Of a stretch of DNA of 64,000 nt, positions 12,246-23,125 are shown piece after piece (position 1 is the first letter of the stretch; the number at the start of each line of letters is the position of its first letter). Position numbers and translations under genes: made by a program. The notes beneath the pieces are model-generated. The model was not told the DNA's origin. It did not search any database and saw nothing but the letters and a program-made list of their open reading frames with translations. The DNA is taken from the NCBI GenBank assembly GCA_000091205.1, contig AP006491.2; one strand, written 5' to 3'. The DNA comes from Cyanidioschyzon merolae (lineage: Eukaryota).

Positions 12246-13067
12246 CGAGCACCTCTACAACCATGCATGTGTTGTGGGGAGCAGCGCGCGCTCCACGGTC
12301 GCCACGGGTCCAAAACGAAACGAAGAAAAAAACGGTGCGCGAAGCGATCCGATCGCAAGTGTCACGCGTGACATCTGCGATCCCGCACCGGCAACGCGGG
12401 TGTCTGTCTCGCGTGCACGGCTGCGAGCAAAATGCAAGGCACCGCTGCAGACTCCAGTGCAGCCGCAGCATGCCCAGCGGGAAGCTTCGAGCACGTCTGG
12501 CGTCGGAACGAAGAGCAGGCACCGCTGGAGGCGCGTTGCCGACCCGCGGAAAACAAAAATACCCGCTACTACATGGTACGTGGTCGAGTGGCGCTGTCCC
12601 TGAGACCTACCCGCTGGTGGCGCCCGGCTCGAACGCCCAGTTTCCGGGGCGATGCTGCAACGAGCAAGCGCTTGGACGCGGTCGGTAGCAGCTCGGGGCC
12701 AGCGCCCAGTCGCATCGGTAGCGCGCTACCGCCGATGTCCATGACGGCGGTCGAGGTATCGACGGAACACCAGCGCTGGGACGCACACACACACACACAC
12801 CGCCATTCAGAGGGTCTTATTCGATGGTGGACGGAAGGGTTGCAGTGACCAGGCATGCTCGCGATCGTGCGATGCCGGCAATGGACTACCGCGAGACCGG
12901 GCCGTTGTGCACGTCCAAATGCTGCAGCAGCGCGCATCCGTGTGCGCCTGCGTAGATGCTGGGGGCCGGCTCCGGCGAGCGATCATCGCCCGCGGTGGTC
13001 ACGCTGTGTCACGAGCTTGGACACGCACGCGCAAACAAGCACCGCGCGGCTGTTGTTCAAAATGCCC

Positions 13068-13095
13068 CCGCGGCGGCGGCGGCGGCGGCGGCGGA
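13068..13095. repeat. (GCG/GGC)n microsatellite in the shared upstream region of the divergent tetraspan gene pair
   Basis: ccgcggcggcggcggcggcggcggcgg seen directly at 13068-13095. Confidence 0.8.
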
Positions 13096-13236
13096 AGCCA
13101 ACGCACAGCGACGTGTTTTTGTGCAGCACGTTTCGTTTGTTGGCGCCAATTGCGCAAAATCTGCGCTCTACTCGTTTCCCCTTCAACACGCCTCGTTTGG
13201 CTCCCTGTGTACCGCGAGTATTCATTCAGCTCTAAA

Positions 13237-13728
13237 ATGGAAGAGGTTGAGGGTAAATCAAAGCTGTGGTCTGGTGTGCGTTGGGTGTTCTATGTCACCG
13301 TAATGACGCTGTCTATTGTGGTATTTGCGTGTATCGCGAACCGTCTGTTCTCTGCGGGTGGCGGGTGCAACGGCTTCAATAGCCGGGACGGCTGCAACTA
13401 CGCTGTTGCCACTGGCGTCATTTCCTTCGTTTTTCTTCTATTCTGGCTTATATGGACGAGTCTAGAGTGTTTCGACGCTGTGCCGGACTCGTTCGGGCCT
13501 CTGCGAGTGATCGGCGTCGAGCTCGTCACGAATTTTCTCGTGATGCTGCTTTGGTTCGTATCCGGCATCGTGCTTAGCGCGCAACAAGACGGAATTAGCA
13601 GCTGCACGTCGGTGACGGGCGTTACGTGCGGCTGTGCGCGTGCAGCTCTAGGAATTTCATGGGTGAACTGGGTTCTGGAGCTTGGGTTCTGTACGGCGCT
13701 TTTGGTGACTGCACTCAAGGGCTCGTAA
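13237..13728 (+). CDS. Four-pass (tetraspan, MARVEL/CASP-like) small membrane protein, paralog B
   Basis: The ATG at 13237 (MEEVEGKSKLW...) is followed by four hydrophobic segments (VFYVTVMTLSIVVFACIA, VISFVFLLFWLIW, LVTNFLVMLLWFVSGIVL, WVLELGFCTALLVTAL). The ORF upstream of this ATG (12907..) is low-complexity run-through. Confidence 0.5.
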   Translation: MEEVEGKSKLWSGVRWVFYVTVMTLSIVVFACIANRLFSAGGGCNGFNSRDGCNYAVATGVISFVFLLFWLIWTSLECFDAVPDSFGPLRVIGVELVTNFLVMLLWFVSGIVLSAQQDGISSCTSVTGVTCGCARAALGISWVNWVLELGFCTALLVTALKGS

Positions 13729-14673
13729 AATTTGAGTTGCGGCCACGGCGCGCTACACGCTTTCCAGAGTCGGTAGCGAGCGTTCTCAGCATGGACTGAG
13801 GTGACTGCGTCCAAGCTGATGTCGCTTTGCAGTTCGCGGAGCTTGTGCGATGGCCCCGGTGGGCCTCACAGAGAAGACGGCGGGAGAGTCGATGTTGGCA
13901 GGCCAGTGCGCGGCGCGAAAAACCGCCACCTGGACGGGGATGACGCTAGACGCTGCGCCCTGCACCGCATGCTGGCAGATCGGGTACCCGCTGGGGATTC
14001 AGGGTTCGCACTGAGCATCATTCGTTGGACAAGGAGCGCCGACTTGTGTCATGGGGCACGTTTCGCCCCGAACGATGCCGCGCTCCGTTGCTAGGTTTCT
14101 GTTTTAAAGCATCAAGAAACGGTCGGAACGAGAAACTCGTGACGACGCGTGGGTAGTTGACCGACACGAGCCCCTTAGCTGCCGCGCGGTTCGCGTCGAA
14201 GCCGCCCGTTCCAGAACCGAGTGCCGCCATCGACCAGAGCAGAAAACCTCGCAGGCTTTCGGGGATAAGCGCACCGTTGCGCCACCGTCGGCGCTTGTCT
14301 TCGTCAGCGTCAGAGCAGTGAATTCCGGAATGCCTGTGTTAGCACGCCCTTTTTGCCGTTGCATGTCTCGTGCGCAGATTCCAACACCATGAATGAATCC
14401 TCTGGAGGGCCGCAGAGAGACTGCGTGTTATCACTGCTAGCTTGCGCAAAATGCTCGCACGTGTGCAAGTCAGTTTTTCCACGGGCAGCACGTGGATCAG
14501 TCGCCATGCTTGTAGCGCTCATGTGGAACGTCAAGCACCGAAAACGAAACGTACCCAACAGTTTCTATACGACTGTATGCTCGTCAAATCATCCGGCTCC
14601 CTATGTTCTTCGATGAAACACTGTAAAAGATGCCGCAAGATCTTGAGGTTCCGTACTGTAGACAGGACCGGCA

Positions 14674-15300
14674 ATGAAGAAACATAGACAGACAAAAGGA
14701 AAAGCGCGCGTCTGCCGGAGAACGCCGCGCGTTGAACGACGCATGATCAGTTCCGTCCTGAAAAGCGAACGCCTGTTATCGAAGGGCCTGGTGGTCATCT
14801 CAAGCGATGAGACTCGATTCAGCGGAAATAGTAGACCTGAATACGGGTACCCACAGAAGAGCAGACCGCACATCCTTAAAAGTGCCCAGCGAGCATTCCG
14901 TCAAAATCAGTCCCAGCGGCGATTCAATCTTGTAGATGGGTGCAAATCACCAAACGGGCAGGATTCTTTGAGATCGCATCTTTCATTGAATCACCTTGTC
15001 GTCGCTCTTTCCCTTATTCTTCTGTTCTGCTGCCAGATAACTTTCCAACATTCAACTGCGGCTGCAGAACACGCAGCTGAGCTCGGCAACGAGCTGCTCT
15101 TCGTGTCAACTGCTTCTCCCTGGTCCAATCCAGTCGAAGCCGTCTTCGCTGGTGTCAAACGCCATTTATACGCTAACCGATCAACAGATAAGTCGTTCTC
15201 TACCCTCACCAGCCCTGTAGTGCTGTTTATCTCCACTGTTCTTGCGCAGGCGGGAGCGGAAAGACCCGCTCCACACTGTGGGCATACTCATCACGTTGAG
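14674..15300 (+). mobile_element. Degenerate Tc1/mariner-superfamily DDE transposase relic (pseudogene)
   Basis: Translation of 14674.. contains GLVVISSDETRFSGNSRPEYGYPQKSRP.. (compare Tc1 WSDESKFELFGS..Y..RRPGE) and ..LLFVSTASPWSNPVEAVFAGVKRHLYANRSTD (compare Tc1 LEWPAQSPDLNPIENLW.ELKRAV.ARRPTN). The central DND motif is mutated (CCQITFQHST). No intact catalytic triad, and TIRs were not found by eye. Confidence 0.5.
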
Positions 15301-17060
15301 AGTGAAGAAAGGCACTGGAGTATTGATAGGCACAAACGCGCATCGAAGAGGCGAGCTTTGGAAACACCGTCCATCCAGTACGTCCGAACCCCGAGGGAAG
15401 ACACAAGTACAGAGTATACCAACCAAAACAATACATCCCAGCCAAGTAGAGGAGAGGGCGAAGGAGCTGGTCTCTGTAACCAAGCACGAAGCATTCGAGC
15501 AACACCGCGAGTAGCATTGGCAGAACTGGTTCAAGGTCTCTCGTTTACAGTGACGATGGAGACAGACACGATATGCATCTGCTTGCACTGGGTGAACCAT
15601 TCTCCTGAAATGAGCAAATCGATTCATGTTCAAATGCTCCCGGTACATGAAGACGGAGACTTGTCGATGAGCGTAGATTCCGGCTAAAAAAGGCGTCATG
15701 GCCGTCGTCGTATCCCCAAATGAAGAGGACTGAGCCACAGACTTGGATGGTGAGCAGATGAAGCGGCTCAGCAATTCCAGGAATCCGTGGTACAGTCTGT
15801 CGGGCATGATGAACCCCGGGAGACATTCCACCACTTCGAATGACGGCGACAGGACCCGCTCGCCGTTCTCGGGCCTCTGAACATCGCATCGAACAGGATT
15901 GGATGCTTTATATGCTTTTGTCGGCGGGTAAAGTAATGGATCATATAGATGATCTTCGGTCGGCGTCCATGAAGCCACACGTATGTCGGCGACAGTTTCA
16001 GTCGTCCAGAGGCCAGCAGCGTGCAGTCGTCAATGTCTTGCATGCAATGAATAAGAAAACGACCGAAAAGTCGTATCGTTTCCTGGTAGCATATGGCGCT
16101 GGACGTGCCGTAGCGCGCAAGGGCTGCACTCCTGCTCCGCCCGGACCAGAGCATTTAAGGTGTGTAGGAAAGGATTCTTTACGATTCCAACCGAACCGCT
16201 CAGGATGACATGTGCGCATCACGAGCACGAGTACAAGCAGAGACTCGTAAAGAGAAAGCAGATGAAACAGCGCGGGGTGCCTTTTGTGGTATACGGTGCG
16301 CTCACCGAACGTCAGATGGAAGGCCAGTCACAGCGGAGAGGCCTGCCCTGCAGCGATTCCGCCAGCAACCGTGCGCGCACGCATCTACCGCTTCGAGATT
16401 TGAACGCCCCGAGCAGCGTTGGGAAACGCCTTGGAATTCCGAAGTATCCAGCTGCTCTACCTCAAGCGAACTTTCCATGGCATCGTTTAGGACTCCATGC
16501 AGGCATCGTACTGAATCACCGAAGACTTTCGATGGAAACAACTCAGTCGCAAGTGGGGACAGGGCTGGATGCTCGCGTGCAGCTCGGCACTCGAATGCCA
16601 CAATCCAGCAATGCATCGAGGCTGGAGTGCTGCACGCAAGGATCTACACAGGGAACAATGGCCCGGTGCACTTGATCAGACATCATCGTGTCCGACAATT
16701 CGATACGTTTGCGTATGTGCGTCGACCGTTGCCGTAAATGGATTATATACGCGTCTTGATGACAAGCTGACGCATGTTGTCCAGATGCAGGTCGAGATGC
16801 CTGCTCGCGAATCCCGATATGTCTCTACCGTTGACGCCGTGGCAAGCGCGCCTCCGCAGCGATGCACGGATGCTGCGTGTGCGTGGCACGCATCCGTCAC
16901 GTGACATCATCCGTGTATCGCGGTGCGTGGCAGCACTCTGTGGACACGACGACGCGGGATGCACATGCATCCCGGCGTTTGCTTCGGATGTCTATAGAGC
17001 GTCCGTTTTTTTCGTCTTTTATCGATAGGTGAGTCTGGATCGGATGCTGAACCTGGGCCT

Positions 17061-18044
17061 TTACCGAGTCGACGCTGCAGACGTCGCATTCCGAAGCGAG
17101 TCCTGGGCCAGCAGAGAACGCTCGGTTAACAGACCAGCACGCACGACGCGTACTGGTTTCTTCGGTGTATTGCGGGGGCGGTTGCTTCCTACCTCTTCGA
17201 TGCGTCGAATCGTGTCCATACCGTCAAGAACCTGCCCCAAAGGCACGTATTTGCCGTCCAGATACCCGGCATCGGAACCGGTCGTGATGAAAAACCTGCC
17301 GTCGCCCTCGTTGCGGTCGTTGCGGACCAAACCGACCAGACCTGCACGATCGAAGCGCAAGCGCGGAGCTTCTAGTAACCATCGTTCGCTTCGGGGCACT
17401 GGGTCACCCGCTTGCAACGTCAGTCCCGGCACAATGCGGTAGAATGACGTGTTCGTGTACCTGTGGATACAGCAGTCGAGGAAATGTGCACTCGACACAG
17501 GCGCCACCTCGCCAAAGACTCCAATAACGATTCGACCAGCCGGTTGGCCATCGATCTCAATGTCGAGGTAGCAGCGGTCAGTGATCTGTGGGGCCAAGTC
17601 GTCCAGCGCCTTCAGCGCAGAGTCGCGCTTCGCGCCATTCGATTCGCTCGCAGCCAGAGCCGTGCTTTGCAGTGACATCGTTCGAGCTGAGGCAGCTGCT
17701 GTAGGCGGCGTACCGTTAGACAGCTGATGCTCCACAAATCTCTGCAGTGGAATGTCGGAGGCGTTGCAGGTTTGCCAAGATTCGGGTGCGCGTTCCAGAT
17801 GCGTACCTACGAACCCTGATGGCAATGCGTCTGTGTCCGCTGCAGAAGCAATGACAACAGCGGAAGCAGACTTTGGCAAAGAAGCTCTTGTTGCTGTTGG
17901 CGCTTCTGGACGGGCCTCAGCAACACGACCTGGACCTGGCATTGGAGCCATTGCAGCGTCGACAGAGGCGAACGGCAGCCATAAACTCAACGCGCTCCAG
18001 GCTACGGCCAGGATGATAGCACTTGCCTGAAATGGCACTTGCTT
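17061..18044 (-). CDS. Cyclophilin-type peptidyl-prolyl isomerase-like domain protein preceded by a signal-peptide-like hydrophobic segment, in frame with the upstream aminopeptidase ORF
   Basis: C-terminal 150 aa: CYLDIEIDGQPAGRIVIGVFGEVAPVSSAHF...SFYRIVPGLTLQAGD...GRFFITTGSDAGYLDGKYVPLGQVLDGMDTIRRIEEV, collinear with the CypA core (FHRIIPGFMCQGGD, FFICT..LDGKHVVFGKV). It is divergent: W121->Y and H126->Y equivalents. The upstream segment RKQVPFQASAIILAVAWSALSLWLPFASVDAA|MAP resembles an n-h-c signal peptide. There is no in-frame stop between this and the M24B aminopeptidase. Confidence 0.65.
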   Translation of the reverse strand, partial: KQVPFQASAIILAVAWSALSLWLPFASVDAAMAPMPGPGRVAEARPEAPTATRASLPKSASAVVIASAADTDALPSGFVGTHLERAPESWQTCNASDIPLQRFVEHQLSNGTPPTAAASARTMSLQSTALAASESNGAKRDSALKALDDLAPQITDRCYLDIEIDGQPAGRIVIGVFGEVAPVSSAHFLDCCIHRYTNTSFYRIVPGLTLQAGDPVPRSERWLLEAPRLRFDRAGLVGLVRNDRNEGDGRFFITTGSDAGYLDGKYVPLGQVLDGMDTIRRIEEVGSNRPRNTPKKPVRVVRAGLLTERSLLAQDSLRNATSAASTR

Positions 18045-18134
18045 ACGTCCAACCGAATCCGAGGAGCGTGCACCACCACCGGAAGGCGCACCAGTAGCGG
18101 TCTCGTTGCGCGTAGCACCAGCGGGGGTATCCCC

Positions 18135-20315
18135 ATGCGACTGGCGTTGGATGGGTGCACAGGCGCGTTCCAGCCACCGAAGAACAGCGGTCTCGTTACG
18201 TTCCTTCAAGCACGGTGCAATGCGTTCATACACTTCACGATGATAATGATTCAGCCAGGCGATCTCTTCATCAGACATCTGATCCAAGTCTAGTAAATCG
18301 GTGGATATCGGGACCATGGTCAAACGCTCAAACCCCAGAAACCGCTGACCACCAAAACTGCGCGCCGTCTCTACTGGTCGAACCACGAGCAGATTCTCAA
18401 TCCGAATACCAAATTCGCCATCCTCGTAGTAGCCGGGTTCGTTACTTAGAATCATGCCTGGTCGTAAGCCAACCGATGCAGCGTTCATTCTCGGAGAGAT
18501 GCTCTGCGGGCCTTCGTGGACGTTCAGCGCTGCCCCGACACCATGCCCCGTGCCGTGGCGATAATCCAGACCCAGACCCCATAGCGAGCGTCGAGCAAAG
18601 CTGTCCAGCAGTGTACCAGGGGTATTCTCTGGGAACACCGCCGTATCAATCGCAATATGGCCCCGCAGCACGCTCGTGTAGCAGCTCCGCACGTACGCGT
18701 CAGGTTTCCAAGTCGTGCGTTGTCCGCCGAGGAACAAAGTGCGCGTTACGTCCGTGGTACCGTCGACGTACTGGCCGCCAGAATCCAACAGGAGCACGCT
18801 ATTCGGCTCCCAGGTCCGACATTCATTCGGATCCGCGCGGTAGTGGATAATGGCGCCATTCGGACCGAGTCCCGCGATCGTATCGAATGAAGTGAATAGG
18901 AATCCTGATTCTTCGGCGCGAAACGCGGTGAGCCTCTCCGCGATGATGTGCTCATTCAATGCGCTGTACTTGGAGCTATCTTCACTGATCCGCTCCACCT
19001 CTGATTCCAGCCAGTGAAAGAACCGGCAAAGAGCGACTCCGTCACGAAGATGTGCCGCACGCATCCCAGCTAATTCCACGTCATTCTTGATCGCTTTCAT
19101 CAACGAGAGCGGTGTGGTATGCAGATACACTGCCTGAAGGCGACGTCGGAGGATCGCTGGATCCTCTTGAGCGGCAACGAAGCTATCCGCATCCAAGCCA
19201 GCGGCATGAAGCAGCATAGCCAACGAGACACTCGAAGGATCCATCCACAGGCGCTGCTTGCCTGGGCCGTAGTGTTCCCGTAGATACGATGCACACGCTT
19301 CATAGGGGCGCGTCTGAACCCCGTTCGCACGCAAATGTTCCTGGACGGCGACAGCGTTCGCCCCATCAAGTTTGGATGTGTCTACGAACAGTAGTGCGTC
19401 GCCCTCGCGGGGTACTAGGCCGTATGCCAGCACAACCGGACAATGTGGGATATCCTCCCCGCGAATGTTGAAAAGCCACGCAACCTCATCGAGCATGGAC
19501 ACGAAGACGCCGTCGACTCCTTCAGACATTTTTTGCCGGATTGCGGCAATTTTCTCCGCTGTAGATTGCCCAGCGTACTCCAGTGGATGAACTCGTACTG
19601 GGTTCGTCGGTAGCGACGGGCGCTTTGCTCCCCAGATCCGATCGACTGGGTGAGCCACAGCCTCCGGCAACGGCACAAGATGGATATCGAGTTCGAGCAC
19701 CCGGGAAACCCAGGCGTAGTGATGCACAAGCGGGTCGATGCCGACGCGATAGATACGACCAGCGCGTCTATGTTCACGGGAGCGTTCGGCGAGAAAATCT
19801 TCCAAAGTTGGCGTACCTGGCGTGCCCGTCTTCATGAGTCGCCAGCCCTCGGGCAGCTGCCGCTCAGCCTGAAGGAAGTACCGGCCATCCGTCCAAAGAT
19901 ACGCCTCCGCGTCGCTGCTGGTCACCAGGGCGGTCCCGGCGGAACCAGTGAAGCTCGTGAGGAACTCGCGTCGCGCATAGTGTGGCGGAGGATACTCCGA
20001 CTGATGCGGGTCTGCAGTTGGGACAATGAAAGCGTCGAGTGACTGTGAACGAAGCCAGCCTCGAACTGCCTCAACTTTGTCCGCAAGCGCAAAGACGTGG
20101 ACGTGTTTTCGATGTTGCCTTCGCGGTGTCTCTTCTTGGGGTCGATCTCGTACGAGCCTTTCCTGTCGCCTCGAACTTCGAAACCTGGTCCAGAGAAGCC
20201 GTCTGTTGCTTGGCGCTCCAGGAGCAAACGGCCGCCGCGTTACCAGACTGAGGCAACGACCGAGTTGTGGCTGCGACAGCCGTCCCGACGCCACGCTACC
20301 TGTGTGTAACCACAT
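18135..20315 (-). CDS. Xaa-Pro aminopeptidase (aminopeptidase P, M24B family) with ~75-aa Arg/Ser-rich N-terminal extension (possible mitochondrial presequence)
   Basis: AFIVPTADPHQSEYPPPHYARREFLTSFTGSAG...HGTGHGVGAALNVHEGPQ...EPGYYEDGEFGIRIENLLVV...WLNHYH, collinear with XPNPEP1/3. The ORF continues 3' without a stop into the cyclophilin-like region. The boundary at 18135 is set by homology only. Confidence 0.85.
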
Positions 20316-20412
20316 GCAACCCGAGTAACGCGCACTGACAACGCGGATTAGACGGCGAGCTCGTAGGTGTTAAGAATACAACCGCACGACTTTGAACCTC
20401 GTTTGTTCGACG

Positions 20413-20556
20413 GTCAACGAAAGCCTTATCGCAAAGCACGTGCAAAGTGTTTATTCGACTCGCAGTTAAATCCGTATCACAAAGCACGTGCAAAGTGTTT
20501 ATTCGACGCTCAGTTAAAGCCTTCTCACCCAGCACTTGCAAAACACTTGCGCAAAC
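20413..20556. repeat. 48-bp tandem repeat (~3 units) containing the palindromic core GCACGTGC (CACGTG) in a bidirectional intergenic region
   Basis: aaagcacgtgcaaagtgtttattcgac recurs at 20423 and 20471, with a degenerate third unit at ~20519. Period 48. Confidence 0.7.
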
Positions 20557-21115
20557 GCCACCGAACGACGCGTTGTAGAGTGCAGCGCTGAAGCAATTCG
20601 GTACTCAGCACGTGGCGGAACGTGTGTCGCGGGTGTACCGTTTGCGAGCCCCGATGTGTCCGAGGTGCCTCCCGCGTCTTTCTCGTATGGCGAGGCGCAC
20701 CAGAGCAAGTCGTTGATCAAGCTTGCGGTTTAGGATGCTGGGCGTGTCCCGGAAGTCGCAGAATCCATGGTTCGCATTCGCTGGCAACTGCAGCACCCTG
20801 GACGCCCCGCATGGATTAGCAGCATCGCCGCGACTGCCATTACAGGTAACCGCACGCGACTCGTCACCTGGGATAGCGCGTTACCTACTGATCCATTCCC
20901 CTGCTGAATTGTGCTTCAATGCCGCTGGGATTCGGTGAATATCCGGAGTGCCTGTCGCTTTACAACCTGAGTCACAGTCCAAGTACATCGACCTCCGTTG
21001 TGCCGGGTGCTAAGATGCCTCCAGAAAACCCACGATTGCTGTGCTGAACACCGAGGAAACATCCCATTCAGGATGCAGCACGGATGAAATGAGCCAAAAC
21101 GCAAGGAAGCAAGTG

Positions 21116-21392
21116 AGGGAAACCCGCTGCTACACCACAGCGCTTTGGGGTCATCGCATCGATGAGAACGCACCCTTACCTCGACGGGAAACCCGCTGCT
21201 ACACCAGAGCGCTTTGGGGTCATCGTATCGATGAGAACGCACCCTCACCTCGACGGGAAACCCGCTGCTACACCACAGCGCTACGGGGTCATCGTATCGA
21301 TGACAACGCACCCTCACCTCGACGGGAAACCCGCTGCTACACCACAGCGCTTTGGGGTCATCGCATCGATGAGAACGCACCCTCACCTCGAC
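21116..21392. repeat. 69-bp tandem repeat, 4 near-identical units
   Basis: gggaaacccgctgctacaccacagcgctttggggtcatcgcatcgatgagaacgcaccctcacctcgac repeated 4x with single-base variants. It lies in the intergenic space between the divergent aminopeptidase (-) and the 21920 gene (+). Confidence 0.85.
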
Positions 21393-21919
21393 GCATGCCA
21401 TTTTTGGCGCCGCGACTGCCGCCGCCGCTGACTGCCAGCGTAACGTGGCAGACGTTGGGCAGCGTTCGCAGCCACTAACACACATCCTACAAAAACGAAT
21501 AAGCAGGCGCTCAGCGTTCCGTACCACGAACTACGGCACAACGGATGTGCGATTCAGGGATACAAGCAGGTGTGATAGTTACCTCCTTTTTCGTCATAAC
21601 GTACACTACAGTATAGATCGACGCACTCCTCGACTTTTGGCTCGTGGCGCACGCTGCAGTCCCAGGTGGTGCTGGCTGCAACCCGAAAGCGCTAGGGAAC
21701 ACCAGCTTGAACCCGTTGGTGGTGGCGGTGGTAGTAGTAGTAGTCATAGTGGAAGAGCTTGCGCTGTGGTCGACCACGAGCACCGAACACGTTGCGTCGC
21801 ACCGTTGGGCAACTCGGTGCAAGCCAAGTTCACGCTGGAGTCGTTGACTTGCTTGCTACACTGTAATCGCGCTCACCGATCGCACGCAAGGAGCAGAGGC
21901 GCAGCAATCGAACGCGAGT

Positions 21920-23125
21920 ATGCGAGAAAGACATCGTCTACGGGCTGGTGAGCTATGCACCGCAAGTAGCGGAACGCCAAGTTTTCTTCTGGAATGTTTC
22001 AACAACGTGCTTAGTGGGTGTCACTGGTGGCGGTCGCGAGAGCTCCCTCACGATACGGGCAGTGTGTCGAAGCGACGCGTCTCCGAGCACTTGCACATCC
22101 GCAAATGGCCATGGGCGCGTCTCTGCAAGTGTTTGATGGTACTTGTCATTCTGGTTACGTTCGTTCCATATGATTGGTGGTACCGCTACATCCGCGGACC
22201 CGAGCCTGTGACAAGCTTTCCCCCCGACGTGTACACTGGATGCGCTGCTGATGATGCGCCCGTTCGCTTGGCAGTCGTGATGCCGCTAACTGCCCGTGAA
22301 CTTGCTCGCGCGGAGGCGAACCTCCGGAGCTGGGCATTCCAACCTGAGCTGGCGCCCTGTGTCGGTGATCACAGGGAGACTGCATCTGCGCCATTGGCTG
22401 ATTTTTATTTCTACTTCGATTTGCCGTTAGATTTCGACGAAGAGACCGTTACAGCTGTTGAGAGGCTGAAAGCGTTACTGACCGAGGTACCGGCGAACGT
22501 GAGCCGATGTTTCGGCTCGTTCTCGTTCATATCGGCAGACATGACGCCCTCAGAGTCACGCAATACGTACAGACACAGTCTGCTGACTACCCAGGTGGCA
22601 ACGCGAGGAACCGTGACTCAGTTTTATCGCCTGATCTTGGATCATGCCCACATGGAGCGATATTACACACATGCGTTCTACATGGAGACAGACACGCGGC
22701 CAATGCGGTCGGGCTGGTTACAGGCTCTGTACCGAGTCACCGACTCTTCTGTCTGGGTCAAGGGCAGCATCATGCGCTACCCGAAACCTACTGTGCTCGG
22801 TTTCGAGCCCTATCGTTCCATATACCTCTATCATATCAACGGGAACGCGATCTATCGCCTGGGTTGTCCGTGTTTTAAGTCGTTTCTGCGATCAGTCCGC
22901 GAAACGTATCGCGATTACGCATTCGACACGAGCATGGCCTTCTATCGTCTGGAATTACGACGTTACGCGCTCTTTCAACGGATTGCACACCGCTTTGCGT
23001 TTACGGATGTCATGGCAGACTGGTGCGACTACGAGTTCTCTTTGAGTGATCTCGGAAACACGTTCCTGGTCCACGGCAAGGCACAGTTAAGCCACTACGA
23101 CTGGCGCAAGCTGGGGCGCTACTAG
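21920..23125 (+). CDS. Type II single-pass membrane protein with large lumenal domain; possible glycosyltransferase of unassigned family
   Basis: 401-aa ORF with one N-proximal TM (LCKCLMVLVILVTFVPYDWWY) and acidic motifs YFYFDLPLDFDEE / FYMETDTRP. No confident family match from sequence alone. Confidence 0.5.
   Translation: MRERHRLRAGELCTASSGTPSFLLECFNNVLSGCHWWRSRELPHDTGSVSKRRVSEHLHIRKWPWARLCKCLMVLVILVTFVPYDWWYRYIRGPEPVTSFPPDVYTGCAADDAPVRLAVVMPLTARELARAEANLRSWAFQPELAPCVGDHRETASAPLADFYFYFDLPLDFDEETVTAVERLKALLTEVPANVSRCFGSFSFISADMTPSESRNTYRHSLLTTQVATRGTVTQFYRLILDHAHMERYYTHAFYMETDTRPMRSGWLQALYRVTDSSVWVKGSIMRYPKPTVLGFEPYRSIYLYHINGNAIYRLGCPCFKSFLRSVRETYRDYAFDTSMAFYRLELRRYALFQRIAHRFAFTDVMADWCDYEFSLSDLGNTFLVHGKAQLSHYDWRKLGRY

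Noticed and set aside
12907-13236. N-terminal 110 codons of the 12907..13728 ORF including a poly-Gly run (PRGGGGGGGGS)
   Set aside because: The poly-Gly is just the (GGC)n microsatellite read in frame. The hydrophobic tetraspan protein begins cleanly at the ATG at 13237, so the upstream part was treated as promoter/5' UTR.
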